From an uncultured Muribaculaceae bacterium (GTDB taxonomy: Bacteria; Bacillota_I; Bacilli_A; RF39; UBA660): 29,702 nucleotides of DNA. Each line of letters begins with the position of its first letter. Position 1 is the stretch's first letter. Location of the stretch: NCBI GenBank assembly GCA_964537805.1, contig CAZIDI010000001.1:1-29702 (forward strand), read 5' to 3'. This document shows positions 28,500 through 29,702 of the stretch, one piece after another. Below the pieces are notes generated by a model. That model was not told where the DNA came from. It searched no databases and saw only the letters and a list, made by a program, of their open reading frames with translations. The position numbers were made by a program, and so were the translations under genes.

Positions 28500-29619
28500 C
28501 TATTTCAATTTAATACGTGCATATTCTTGACTACATTTATCTTCTAAATGAGAAAAAATTTCGCCTAATTGTTCTATTCCGTCCAAACTTGAAACAAAAA
28601 AAATATCATTTTTAAGCAATTTTCCCCAAAATAATTCAAAACACGTTTTCTTACATTCTTCTTTATTAACATATGTTATTCTAAATTTTTCTTTTTTAGA
28701 GTTCAAATCAGAATCTAGTAAAGACGCTTTTAAAGTTACAGAAGTTACTTCCTGTGTCTTTGTATCCCTTATTTGATGGTAAACATAACTTTCTTTCTTT
28801 CTTTAAATTTACTTTTTGATACTTTCGAATTATTTTATCCTCTACTTGAAATAAAACAAAGTTATGAATGTAATGTTCATTTATTGTAATGCGAAAAACA
28901 ATTTCATTAAAATTTTTCTTTAAAATCAAATGGTTATCTTCAATATAAAAAGTATATCTTTCCTTATTAAAAAGAAATGGCAATGCATTATATGTTTCAT
29001 TTTTTAATGATAATACAAAACTTGATAATGGCTCTTTTCCAAATAAAACTTCAATATCTTTTTCTATATAAAATTTAAGAATAGTGAATACTCCCGATTT
29101 TTCAATAACTTCATGTCCAATTTTATGAAGCAAAAAATCTAATATTTTGTAAGTTAAATTCATTTTCTGCTTTCTTCTTTCTCATATATTCAAAAAAATA
29201 ATTTTTTTATTGTTTTATTCTTTTTCTTATTTTTTCCTGTTCTACATTGGTATACTTTTTTAAAGTTTCAAAAATGTCATTTAAATTATCAAACATATCA
29301 TTTTCATTTACAAAATGTATCCCCACAATTTCTTTTGTTCGATGTAACTCAAATTTCATTATAAAAAGTAATCCTTAAATTACATCCATGAAGGTCACTT
29401 TATCATGTAATTCTGGTTCTTCTAAATCATCTATGTTTTCTATTCTAAATTGGATATACCCATTTTTTTCATTTTTGTTGGTACTGCTGTAAAACAAGTG
29501 CTTAACTTTTCTTTCTAATTTTCATCCAAAATTTTTTTAGCATATTCAAATCTTGGCAAATTCCCAGTATAAGACATGTTATTCTCAAAAATCATATTTT
29601 CATTTTCTTGATAAGTCAT
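28500..29619 (-). pseudogene. Probable heavily decayed orphan gene; ORFs 28500..28706 and 28708..29163 look like fragments
   Basis: The 28500..28706 frame stays open and protein-like upstream to ~28800 (KKESYVYHQIRDTKTQEVTSV...). Further protein-like blocks at 29161-29619 are broken by several frameshifts/stops. Start uncertain, no clear RBS. Confidence 0.5.
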
Positions 29620-29702
29620 ATAATTATAAATTACTTTATCATAAATTTTTATAGTAAAATGTTTAGCAATTTATACTAAATTTTGAGCAAATGAAAAATT
29701 TG

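Overview
AT-rich Firmicutes (Bacilli-type) chromosomal segment, standard genetic code (TGA used as stop), almost all genes on the minus strand. Gene order and content suggest an uncultured, reduced, spore-forming gut Bacilli lineage such as RF39; this is inference, not a database result. The core genes, read along the minus strand, are nusB-xseA-xseB-proS, spoIVB-SPOR-radC-mreC-mreD-spoIVFA-spoIVFB, rplU-prp-rpmA, trmB-like, obg, a VanY-type peptidase, a compact Tad/Flp pilus locus, and ruvA-ruvB-queA. Orphan genes sit singly between the core genes, and four of these accessory genes are visibly decayed. Three things stand out. (1) A ~1035-aa RpoD-family sigma factor right after the Tad locus, with a canonical core plus up to three extra sigma region-4 HTH modules, two of them from a near-perfect 249-nt-period tandem duplication. 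(2) Two unannotated small hydrophobic-peptide loci (14.2-14.5 kb and 18.07-18.33 kb) with the promoter, terminator, antisense and 5'-3' pairing layout of type I toxin-antitoxin systems. (3) spoIVB brought next to spoIVFA/FB, with a sigmaE-type promoter, while mreB, minCD, maf and spo0B are missing from their Bacillus positions. No rRNA, tRNA, CRISPR array, integrase or transposase was recognised.
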